DNA of 59,942 nucleotides from Minisyncoccota bacterium (GTDB lineage Bacteria > Patescibacteriota > Minisyncoccia > UBA6257 > UBA9933), in NCBI GenBank assembly GCA_036444215.1, contig JAZGAA010000006.1, positions 1 through 59,942 on the forward strand, written 5' to 3'. Under the pieces are notes generated by a model. It worked only from the letters and a program-made list of their open reading frames with translations. It had not been told where the DNA came from and ran no database searches. The position numbers were made by a program, and so were the translations under genes. Positions 36,135 through 43,081 of the stretch are shown here, one piece after another (position 1 is the stretch's first letter; each line of letters opens with the position of its first letter).

Positions 36135-36485
36135 ATGTATATGGAGTATACGAGAATTAAACAGAAGAATATCAGAGCCAGAGGGATTAAATTTTTTATT
36201 AAAAATGGAAGGAAAGAAATTGCCAGGGCATATCTCTACATTTTACAGAACGACCTTCGCGAAGAACCGTTCGGATTAATGGAAGACGTATTTGTCAATA
36301 AGAGCTTCAGAGAAAGAGGAATAGGAACTAAACTTATTCAAAAAGTGATTAAAGCAGCAAAGAAAAACGGTTGTTATAAATTAATTTCCACCAGCAGGCA
36401 TTCGAGGCCGGAGGTTCATAAATTATACAAAAGATTAGGGTTTAAAAATCATGGAATTGAGTTCAGAATGGATTTAAGTGATTAA
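36135..36485 (+). CDS. GNAT family N-acetyltransferase
   Basis: FRERGIGTKLIQKVIKAAKKNGCYKL acetyl-CoA binding motif. Confidence 0.7.
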   Translation: MYMEYTRIKQKNIRARGIKFFIKNGRKEIARAYLYILQNDLREEPFGLMEDVFVNKSFRERGIGTKLIQKVIKAAKKNGCYKLISTSRHSRPEVHKLYKRLGFKNHGIEFRMDLSD

Positions 36486-36559
36486 ATTAAAAGGAAATGG
36501 GTCAAAAGATTGACCCATTTTTTATAAAATTCTTGAAATTATGTTATTATAAAAAGGAA

Positions 36560-37798
36560 ATGAAAATTACAGACGTTAATATTAAAATCATTTCAGATTC
36601 TCGCGGCAAAGAAACATTGGAAGCGGAATTAAAAACCGCGGATATTTCTGTATCCGCAAGCGTGCCAGCCGGCAAAAGCACTGGAACGCATGAGGCGTTT
36701 GTTTTAGAGCCAAAAAACGCTCTAAAAAAATTTGAAGAAATAAAAAGCAAAGTTTTAGGACAGGATTTTAACAAACAGGAAGATTTTGATAATTTTTTAA
36801 TTTCTTTAGATGGCACTTCTAATAAACAAAATCTTGGAGGTAATTTGATTTTAGCTTTGTCTTTGTCTTGGGCAAGATTGAAAGCAAAAAATGAAGGGAA
36901 AGAATTATTTCAATATATAAATAAGGAACTAGGAACTAGTAATCAGGAAATAGGAACGCCGAGGCCGGTTTTTAACGTTATTAACGGTGGAGTGCACGCT
37001 ACCCATCCAAAGTCAAAGTTAGAATTTCAGGAATTCCAAGTAATACCAAGCGTAGAAGATTTTGGCATTGCTTTAAGTGTTGGCAGGGAATTTTACCGCA
37101 AACTTCAAACATTGTTGGAAAATAAATTTGGCAAGGAAAATATTTCTTTGGGTGATGAAGCCGGCTTTTCAGCTCCATTCAAAAATAATGAAGAAGCAAT
37201 TGAAGTTTTGGCTGAATTAATAGATAAGCATAGTTATCCTTTAAGGATTGGATTGGATATAGCAGCTTCACAATTTTACAAATCAGGCGGATTTCTTAGA
37301 GAATCAGGGTATGTTGTTGACGGCAAGAAACACTCAGTAGAAGAACTAAAAGATTTATATTTAAAATTGATTGAAACGTATAATATTTTATCAATTGAAG
37401 ACCCTTTTTATGAGGAATCATTTGATTCATTCGCTTCGCTCACCGCGGACTCACGCGGACTGGACGCGGATAGACGCGGACTATTAGTGATAACGGACGA
37501 TTTAACAACCACTAATCCAGAACGTTTAAAAACAGCAATTAATAAAAAATCCGGCAACGCAATTTTAATAAAATTAAATCAGATAGGAACATTAACAGAA
37601 ACTCTAAAAGTTGTTAAACTGGCTTATGAGAATAACTGGCAGGCAATAGTTTCGCACAGGAGCGGCGAAACAATGGATGATTTTATTGCTGATTTGGCTG
37701 TTGGTATTAACGCATGGGGCATTAAAGCCGGCGCGCCGGCAAAACCGGAAAGATTAATAAAATACGAACGAGTTTTGGAGATAGTTGATAAAAAATAA
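36560..37798 (+). CDS. eno: enolase (divergent)
   Basis: IISDSRGKETLE, SVPAGKSTGTHEA, NVINGG, GDEAGF, SIEDPF, DDLTTTNP, IKLNQIGTLTE, SHRSGET. Start at the ATG preceded by aaaaagga. Confidence 0.9.
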   Translation: MKITDVNIKIISDSRGKETLEAELKTADISVSASVPAGKSTGTHEAFVLEPKNALKKFEEIKSKVLGQDFNKQEDFDNFLISLDGTSNKQNLGGNLILALSLSWARLKAKNEGKELFQYINKELGTSNQEIGTPRPVFNVINGGVHATHPKSKLEFQEFQVIPSVEDFGIALSVGREFYRKLQTLLENKFGKENISLGDEAGFSAPFKNNEEAIEVLAELIDKHSYPLRIGLDIAASQFYKSGGFLRESGYVVDGKKHSVEELKDLYLKLIETYNILSIEDPFYEESFDSFASLTADSRGLDADRRGLLVITDDLTTTNPERLKTAINKKSGNAILIKLNQIGTLTETLKVVKLAYENNWQAIVSHRSGETMDDFIADLAVGINAWGIKAGAPAKPERLIKYERVLEIVDKK

Positions 37799-37826
37799 AG
37801 GGGCATTTGGATTGCCCCTTTTGTTA

Positions 37827-38186
37827 CTACACCTCGATTTTTAAAAAACTGGTACTTTTCGGAGAGAATTTTTTTATAGTTTCAATAATTTCATTTTTCT
37901 GCTGCATATCTAATTTTTGCGGGTTCATTGTATCTACTCCATACTTTTCTATTAAAATTCTTAATTCCGGTGTTTCTCTTAAGCTACATTTTTGGTCTGA
38001 AGAACAACAGGCATAGCCTTTAGGCACTAATAATTTCCAGTTTGGAATATCACATTCTTCAAACTCTTGGCCTTTTACAATAATGCATTTTTCGAGATGT
38101 ATTCTAAGATCACACTCTTCATCATCTCTACATCCCTCACTAGCTGTTCCGCAGATATTATAAAAACGGCAAAATTTATCAGACAT
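37827..38186 (-). CDS. hypothetical cysteine-rich protein
   Basis: 119 aa with 9 Cys in the first 66 residues. Strong SD (aaggagga) upstream of the ATG. Confidence 0.5.
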   Translation of the reverse strand: MSDKFCRFYNICGTASEGCRDDEECDLRIHLEKCIIVKGQEFEECDIPNWKLLVPKGYACCSSDQKCSLRETPELRILIEKYGVDTMNPQKLDMQQKNEIIETIKKFSPKSTSFLKIEV

Positions 38187-38269
38187 TTTATTCCTCCTTA
38201 TATATAAATTTTAATTTATTACTTAATATATTGTAAGTAAATTTTTTAGAATAGTCAAATACTTGATTG

Positions 38270-38341
38270 AGCGGATAACGGGAGTCGAACCCGTGTCTTC
38301 AGGTTGGAAACCTGACATAATAACCACTATACGATACCCGC
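38270..38341 (-). tRNA. tRNA-Gly(TCC)
   Basis: Acceptor GCGGGTA/TATCCGC, anticodon loop TTTCCAA, T-arm ACGGG-TTCGACT-CCCGT. Confidence 0.85.
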
Positions 38342-38462
38342 GTTCGCAATAATCCTATCTTACTGCCTTTTCTTGATTTTTTCAATATTTATGTTAGATT
38401 AAAATTGTCCGTATTCGATAATCATTCGATTTAATTCGTTTTTAATTAGAGCGAAAAACGCT

Positions 38463-39074
38463 ATGATAAGCAATTTTTATTTCAAAATTCCACGTCGATT
38501 AAGAATTTTTATTATTTTTATCTTAGTGGTTTTAGCTGCTTATTTAATTGCTCGAATTTTTTTTGTTGAGTTCAAAACCGTTCCCAATGATTTTTTAAGA
38601 GCCCGCCAAGAAGCATCTTTGATTGCTAAGGATATTGTTGGGCTTTCTAATGAGTCGGCCGGGAATCTTGATAAGATTTATGAATTTGATAAAGATGGTA
38701 ATTATACTGAAGCATTAAATTTATTAGCCAGCGAACTTGAACGTAATCGCCAAGCGCGAGAAAAAGCCATTAAGCTTTCGGCTCAACTTGAAAAAATGGC
38801 AAGAGCGGTGCCGGAAATTTCTCCAGCCTCAGCCAGCCAGTCAGCAATTCAGGCAATAAGTTCGGAAACCGCTTTAATTAGCCATTTGATTGCTTATAAT
38901 GATTATCTTTTCCAACTTTTAGAAGTTCTGCGTTCAAAATTTCTTGGGAAAACAAAAAATTCCAGCGAGCGCATTTCAGAATTAATAAATAAAATTAATG
39001 AAGAGGTACAGGCAATAAACGAATTGGATAGGAAATTTAACGAAATAATGGAAGGGTTTGATGAACAGTTTTAG
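38463..39074 (+). CDS. hypothetical membrane-anchored protein
   Basis: 203 aa with an N-terminal TM helix and a helical remainder. Confidence 0.45.
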   Translation: MISNFYFKIPRRLRIFIIFILVVLAAYLIARIFFVEFKTVPNDFLRARQEASLIAKDIVGLSNESAGNLDKIYEFDKDGNYTEALNLLASELERNRQAREKAIKLSAQLEKMARAVPEISPASASQSAIQAISSETALISHLIAYNDYLFQLLEVLRSKFLGKTKNSSERISELINKINEEVQAINELDRKFNEIMEGFDEQF

Positions 39075-39119
39075 CTTTGTCGGGCTTTTGCCCGACGAAG
39101 CGGGCTTCGTCCAGCGAAG

Positions 39120-39192
39120 TCGGGGCACCCGGACTCGAACCGGGAATCGTCCGCTCCCAAAGCGGAAATGTTAGCCATTACACCATGCCCCG
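39120..39192 (-). tRNA. tRNA-Pro(TGG)
   Basis: Acceptor CGGGGCA/TGCCCCG, anticodon loop TTTGGGA, T-arm CCCGG-TTCGAGT-CCGGG. Confidence 0.85.
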
Positions 39193-39242
39193 TACTATTT
39201 CTTATTTATTATCTTTATTATTGAATTTTTATCAAGGGCTTT

Positions 39243-39314
39243 GTCCCTGTAGTTCAACGGATAGAACGGCTCCCTTCTAAGGAGCAAATGAGGGTTCGAT
39301 TCCTTCCGGGGATA
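39243..39314 (+). tRNA. tRNA-Arg(TCT)
   Basis: D-arm GTTC-AACGGATA-GAAC, anticodon stem GCTCC/GGAGC with loop CTTCTAA, T-loop TTCGATT. Confidence 0.8.
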
Positions 39315-39351
39315 CAAAAAGAGGCGAATAATTATAGATAGAAAAACATAA

Positions 39352-39711
39352 ATGAAAAAGACCTGGGGTAAACATTTAATTATTGACGTTTATGGAATTA
39401 AGAAAGAAAAATTGGAAGACAGGAAAGCTATTAAAAAATTACTCTTGGGGTTGCCGATGGAGTTTAAAATGAGGCCGCTTCGCCAGCCAGTTGTGGCTAA
39501 AGTGTCTTCTGATAAATATCATGATTGGGGCGTATCCGGTTTTGTTATGCTTTACGAAAGCCATATTTCTTTGCATACTTGGCCAAGTGATGGTTATTTA
39601 GCAATGGATATTTATTCTTGCAAGGATTTTAATGATAAGGAAATAGTTAAGTATTTGAAAAAATATTGGAGTTGTGAAAAGATTAAAGTGAAAACAATTA
39701 CAAGAGGATAA
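39352..39711 (+). CDS. speD: S-adenosylmethionine decarboxylase proenzyme (small pyruvoyl type)
   Basis: GKHLIIDVYG and self-cleavage/active-site motif YESHISLHTWP. Confidence 0.85.
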   Translation: MKKTWGKHLIIDVYGIKKEKLEDRKAIKKLLLGLPMEFKMRPLRQPVVAKVSSDKYHDWGVSGFVMLYESHISLHTWPSDGYLAMDIYSCKDFNDKEIVKYLKKYWSCEKIKVKTITRG

Positions 39712-39730
39712 AGAATTGGAAAATTAATAA

Positions 39731-39802
39731 GCCGCGGTAGCTCAGTGGTGGAGCGGAAGCTTGAAGAGCTTCGCGTCGGGTGTTCGATTCACCCCCGCGG
39801 CA
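39731..39802 (+). tRNA. tRNA-Phe(GAA)
   Basis: Acceptor GCCGCGG/CCGCGGC, D-arm GCTC-AGTGGTG-GAGC, anticodon loop TTGAAGA. Confidence 0.88.
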
Positions 39803-39811
39803 CAAGTTTAT

Positions 39812-39886
39812 GGAGGTATTAGTGTAACAGTAGCACTGCAATCTGTGGCATTGCCAGTGGGAGTGCAAGTCTCCTATACCTCCCCA
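39812..39886 (+). tRNA. tRNA-His(GTG) with encoded G-1 and CCA
   Basis: G-1 plus acceptor GAGGTAT/ATACCTC, discriminator C, anticodon loop CTGTGGC, encoded CCA. Unusual T-loop TGCAAGT and a D-loop without GG. Confidence 0.7.
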
Positions 39887-39890
39887 AAAT

Positions 39891-39918
39891 CGCCGGTTCA
39901 AATCCGGTCGTCCACCCA
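39891..39918 (+). other. tRNA 3'-half-like fragment (T-arm + acceptor 3' strand, no matching 5' half)
   Basis: CGCCGGTTCAAATCCGGTCGTCCACCCA: a canonical T-stem-loop followed by 7 nt + C + CCA. No complementary 5' acceptor strand is present nearby. Confidence 0.4.
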
Positions 39919-39932
39919 AATCAATTTCTGCT

Positions 39933-40490
39933 ATGAATAAAAAAGTAGAAATAATCGCAGAAGTAAAAACACACTCTCCATTTGGATGGTCTTCCGATAA
40001 AACTTGGGATGAATTATTCAAGGTTGCTAATGAAATAGGCGATATTATTTCAGTCCATACCGACAGCAGATGGAATGGTTCATTTGAATTATTGCAAAAA
40101 GCGCGAAAACTTACTCAAAAGCCGATTTTGGCAAAGGGCATCCATGAGAATGACGAATTGATTCAGCGAGCTATTAATGCGGGCGCAGATTGGGCATTGG
40201 TTGTCGGTCGTATTCCAAAAATACATCTTGATAAATGCATGATTGAGCCATTAACACTTCAAGAATTAAAATCTACACCAAATAATTTACGAGTTGTGTG
40301 GAATAGTAGGGATCTTTCTACCGGTGGAATAAAAAAAGAAACATTTATTGAAGCGAGAGCTTTACGTAAAGGGTGGTTGTGCCAGGCGAGTAATATAAAA
40401 ACCGTTGATGATATAGAGATTGGAGCAGACGCTGTTTTAGTGGGAACTCACTTATTAGATTTCGCTAAATCTCTTACAAGATTTACTTAA
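39933..40490 (+). CDS. indole-3-glycerol-phosphate synthase-like TIM-barrel protein (short)
   Basis: IIAEVKTHSP, ISVHTD, PILAKG, GADWALVV, NSRDL and VLVGTH align by eye with TrpC motifs. Lacks the N-terminal extension. Confidence 0.55.
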   Translation: MNKKVEIIAEVKTHSPFGWSSDKTWDELFKVANEIGDIISVHTDSRWNGSFELLQKARKLTQKPILAKGIHENDELIQRAINAGADWALVVGRIPKIHLDKCMIEPLTLQELKSTPNNLRVVWNSRDLSTGGIKKETFIEARALRKGWLCQASNIKTVDDIEIGADAVLVGTHLLDFAKSLTRFT

Positions 40491-40495
40491 TAGTT

Positions 40496-40963
40496 ATGAA
40501 AGACGAAACAAATAAACAACACCTCCTCAATTATTTAAAATCTCAAAAATTGATGTCATTGGCTACGCAAGGCGAGGAAATTGCGGCTTGCGTTGTTTAT
40601 TACGCGGTTGACGATGATTTTAATTTTTATTTTATTAGCCCGTCTGACACTCAGCATTGTATAAATATTACAAAAAATAAAAATGTTGCATGTAGTATAG
40701 CTGATTCGCATCAAAAAGTAAGCGACAAAAAAATCGGAGCGCAAGTTCAGGGAGAAGCAAGCGAAATAACAGGCAAAGATAAGATAATCGCTGTATTGAA
40801 AATGTGGCATCAAACGAATCCCGGAGCTGAAAGCTTGATTAACTTTGATAACATCAAAAATAAAATAATTGAGTCCAGAGTATATAAAATAAAACCCTTC
40901 CGCATTAAATTTTTCAACGAAGAATTCTACGGCGACGAGGAAGACGAGGTGTTTGAATTTTAG
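40496..40963 (+). CDS. pyridoxamine 5'-phosphate oxidase-like FMN-binding split-barrel protein
   Basis: 155 aa. N-terminal LMSLATQGEE...VYYAVDDDFNFYFIS pattern is typical of PNPOx-like/general stress protein 26 families. Confidence 0.5.
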   Translation: MKDETNKQHLLNYLKSQKLMSLATQGEEIAACVVYYAVDDDFNFYFISPSDTQHCINITKNKNVACSIADSHQKVSDKKIGAQVQGEASEITGKDKIIAVLKMWHQTNPGAESLINFDNIKNKIIESRVYKIKPFRIKFFNEEFYGDEEDEVFEF

Positions 40964-41023
40964 ATCCCTGTTTAAATCCCTGTTTTAATCCTTGAATTAA
41001 ATACGTATTTTAATACGTATTTC

Positions 41024-41044
41024 TGCTACCACAAGTGGTAGCAG
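41024..41044. repeat. 21-bp palindromic repeat tgctaccacaagtggtagcag (left copy)
   Basis: Identical 21-mer recurs at 41762-41782. The core gctaccac-aa-gtggtagc is self-complementary. Confidence 0.9.
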
Positions 41045-41141
41045 GATTTTATACTTTAAAAAGTTGACAAAACAGCAAGAATTTTGTTATTTTTGGTTTA
41101 GGCACCTTAAAAATGACAATGATATAAATAAGGAGGAAATT

Positions 41142-41381
41142 ATGGGAAAAAGAAGAAGGGCAAAAAGAGAAATTATAAAAGATAAAATCCTGAAATTTTT
41201 AGGTAATTATCCCGAGAGATTACATACTCTTGGTAAAGTAGATAGGGCGGTAGGAGATTCTATTTCTCTTGAATTTCTTGAATCTTTAGAGAGGGAGGGT
41301 TTAATTGAAATTAGACCTTTTCCACAAGGAAAAGAAATATTTATAGGATTACCTGAACAACTTTTACAGAAAGGAGCTTAA
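41142..41381 (+). CDS. small winged-helix-like DNA-binding protein (hypothetical)
   Basis: 79 aa starting at the ATG behind SD aaggagga. Basic N-terminus, then KILKFLGNYPERLHTLGKVDRAVG...LESLEREGLIEI, a wHTH-like pattern. Confidence 0.5.
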   Translation: MGKRRRAKREIIKDKILKFLGNYPERLHTLGKVDRAVGDSISLEFLESLEREGLIEIRPFPQGKEIFIGLPEQLLQKGA

Positions 41382-41382
41382 A

Positions 41383-41661
41383 ATGGAAAAAACTGCATTT
41401 GAAAATCTATCAGTATTGGTTTTTTTGAATGAGAAGCACTTAGTGCCAATAAAAATTCAATTCGGGGAACATGGAATTGGAATTTTAGCCGCACCCGGTA
41501 AAGGCGAGATGGGAGAAAAAGAATCTATTGAGTTAATGGAGGCTCTTCATAAAGAATTAGATAAGCTTGAGGTAAGCCATACGGATTTTTGCAGAAAGAT
41601 GGCAGACGGTACTCGTCGTACTGATTTTGTAGTTATTCCTATAATTAAGAAAGAGAAGTAA
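41383..41661 (+). CDS. hypothetical protein
   Basis: 92 aa, SD aaaggag. Translationally coupled to the upstream gene (1-nt gap). Confidence 0.5.
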   Translation: MEKTAFENLSVLVFLNEKHLVPIKIQFGEHGIGILAAPGKGEMGEKESIELMEALHKELDKLEVSHTDFCRKMADGTRRTDFVVIPIIKKEK

Positions 41662-41687
41662 ATACTCTACTCAAAACCAAAATTATC

Positions 41688-41720
41688 ATCGGCTCAGATA
41701 TATCTGAGCCGATTTTTTTA
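41688..41720 (+). terminator. rho-independent terminator
   Basis: atcggctcagata/tatctgagccgat perfect palindrome followed by ttttttt. Confidence 0.7.
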
Positions 41721-41744
41721 TTAAAATTTAATAGGAGAATTAAT

Positions 41745-41782
41745 ACTACCACTTGTGGTAGTGCTACCACAAGTGGTAGCAG
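41745..41782. repeat. two abutting copies of the ctaccac-NN-gtggtag palindrome (right copies)
   Basis: actaccacttgtggtagt followed by tgctaccacaagtggtagcag. Overlaps the -35 region of a TATAAT (41798-41803) upstream of the acylphosphatase gene. Confidence 0.9.
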
Positions 41783-41843
41783 CTATCTTATATGACTTAT
41801 AATCATTTACAGTTTCCGAAATCTTAAAGTATAATAAGTACCA

Positions 41844-42125
41844 ATGTCTTGCTATCAAATAAAAATTTCAGGGCTGGTTCAAGGAGTTTTCCTTAGATAT
41901 TCAGCCAAACAAAAAGCTGAAAAACTTGGTTTGGTTGGGTACGCGAAAAATTTAGAAAATGGTTCAGTTGAAATTGTTGTTTGTCCCGCTCAGCGGGATT
42001 GTGGTGATACCGCTATCAAGGAATTTATAAATTGGTGCCGTATTGGCCCTGATTTAGCAAGAGTAGATAATATAAAAGTAGATGAAATATCTTTTCGAGA
42101 ATATAATAATTTCCAGGTTTTATAA
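41844..42125 (+). CDS. acylphosphatase
   Basis: ISGLVQGVFLRY and GYAKNLENGSVEIV motifs; 93 aa. Confidence 0.8.
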   Translation: MSCYQIKISGLVQGVFLRYSAKQKAEKLGLVGYAKNLENGSVEIVVCPAQRDCGDTAIKEFINWCRIGPDLARVDNIKVDEISFREYNNFQVL

Positions 42126-42141
42126 GGATAAATTGCAGGGG

Positions 42142-42169
42142 TTGACTTTTTTGGATAATTTGTTATAAT
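42142..42169 (+). promoter_or_regulatory. near-consensus sigma70-type promoter
   Basis: TTGACT, 16-nt spacer, TATAAT, with TGT (extended -10) immediately upstream of the -10. Confidence 0.6.
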
Positions 42170-42214
42170 TATGGCATAATCCTGAACATTTACAATTATA
42201 TAAATTACTTGCGA

Positions 42215-42266
42215 ATCATTGCAGCTTTTAGGTCAGCCGGCTGGCCGAGCTAAAAGCTGCAATGAT
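42215..42266 (+). promoter_or_regulatory. perfect 17-bp-stem hairpin in the leader of the 42301 gene
   Basis: atcattgcagcttttag ... ctaaaagctgcaatgat. The 18-nt loop is itself GC-rich and nearly self-complementary (ggtcagcc/ggctggcc). Confidence 0.8.
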
Positions 42267-42300
42267 GCGGCAAATCAAATATAAAAGGAGGAATTACGTT

Positions 42301-42909
42301 ATGAAAGACGTAACCCTAGCACAAGGGAATCAGGTATTAAATCTGATCCTGCAGAAGAAGATTCCTACAGAGCAGCTACAAAAGTTGCTGGCGTCAGGAC
42401 TCGTCTCGGATCTTCTAGATGCGAATCTTGAGAATGGTGTTGACCGCAACGTATTCCGTAGGCTCATCGGCCTCATGCCGCTCAATACTTTTATCGTGAC
42501 AGTAAACTATGATCTGTCGGTGGAAGAAGCGGTGAAGGCTGGAAAGTACGACTCGTCAAACAATAACATCATGACCAAAAACTTTTCATCTAATCGTAGG
42601 GGGAAGACAGAAGCGGAAATCACCCTTATTCACTTTGATAGTTGTATGGAATCAGAGGATGTAATCCGCGAAATAGACAAACAGGGTTTTCGCTTAGCTG
42701 AACTCTTAGAACTCCTTGCTTTTGGGGCTAAATATCCTGATGTGCAACGAGATTTTCCGATAGTTGCTCTTGGTTCTGCGTGGCAGATTCCGGATGGCGT
42801 TCGCCGTATGCCGTGTCTCGGCAGGGTTGCTGGTGAGCGTGTTCTGGACCTGGGTTGGTTTGGCAGCGGTTGGCGCTCGGACGTTCGTTTTGCCGTTCTC
42901 CGTAAGTAA
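42301..42909 (+). CDS. hypothetical protein, visibly higher GC than its surroundings
   Basis: ATG at 42301 preceded by SD aaaaggagg. 202 aa with no family recognised. Codon usage is G/C-rich at third positions, unlike neighbours. Confidence 0.6.
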   Translation: MKDVTLAQGNQVLNLILQKKIPTEQLQKLLASGLVSDLLDANLENGVDRNVFRRLIGLMPLNTFIVTVNYDLSVEEAVKAGKYDSSNNNIMTKNFSSNRRGKTEAEITLIHFDSCMESEDVIREIDKQGFRLAELLELLAFGAKYPDVQRDFPIVALGSAWQIPDGVRRMPCLGRVAGERVLDLGWFGSGWRSDVRFAVLRK

Positions 42910-42969
42910 TTTTGTACTTAGGGCTTTGGGCAACTTAAACTTTTTTGACCCTTTAGCCCTTAGTCTTCG

Positions 42970-43008
42970 GCCCGTGCACATTACTTCGGTTTTGTGCGCG
43001 GGCTTTTT
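42970..43008 (+). terminator. rho-independent terminator
   Basis: gcccgtgcaca...tgtgcgcgggc stem followed by ttttt. Confidence 0.6.
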
Positions 43009-43053
43009 CATTTCCGCATAATATGGCAATACGAATTCGGATATTTTTAGCTC

Positions 43054-43081
43054 TTGACAAGGTTTCTACTATATATATACT
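43054..43081 (+). promoter_or_regulatory. candidate promoter (TTGACA, 16-nt spacer, TATACT)
   Basis: Hexamers read directly from the sequence. Followed by a 10-codon mini-ORF and a terminator hairpin at 43161-43182. Confidence 0.45.

Noticed and set aside
39077-40021. ORFs 39077-39280(+) and 39698-40021(-)
   Set aside because: They run through tRNA-Pro, tRNA-Arg, tRNA-Phe and tRNA-His and are explained by the tRNA genes.
42706-43029. ORFs 42706-43029(-) and 42764-43021(+)
   Set aside because: They are alternative-frame or antisense shadows in the higher-GC orphan gene. GC-rich DNA has fewer stop codons.
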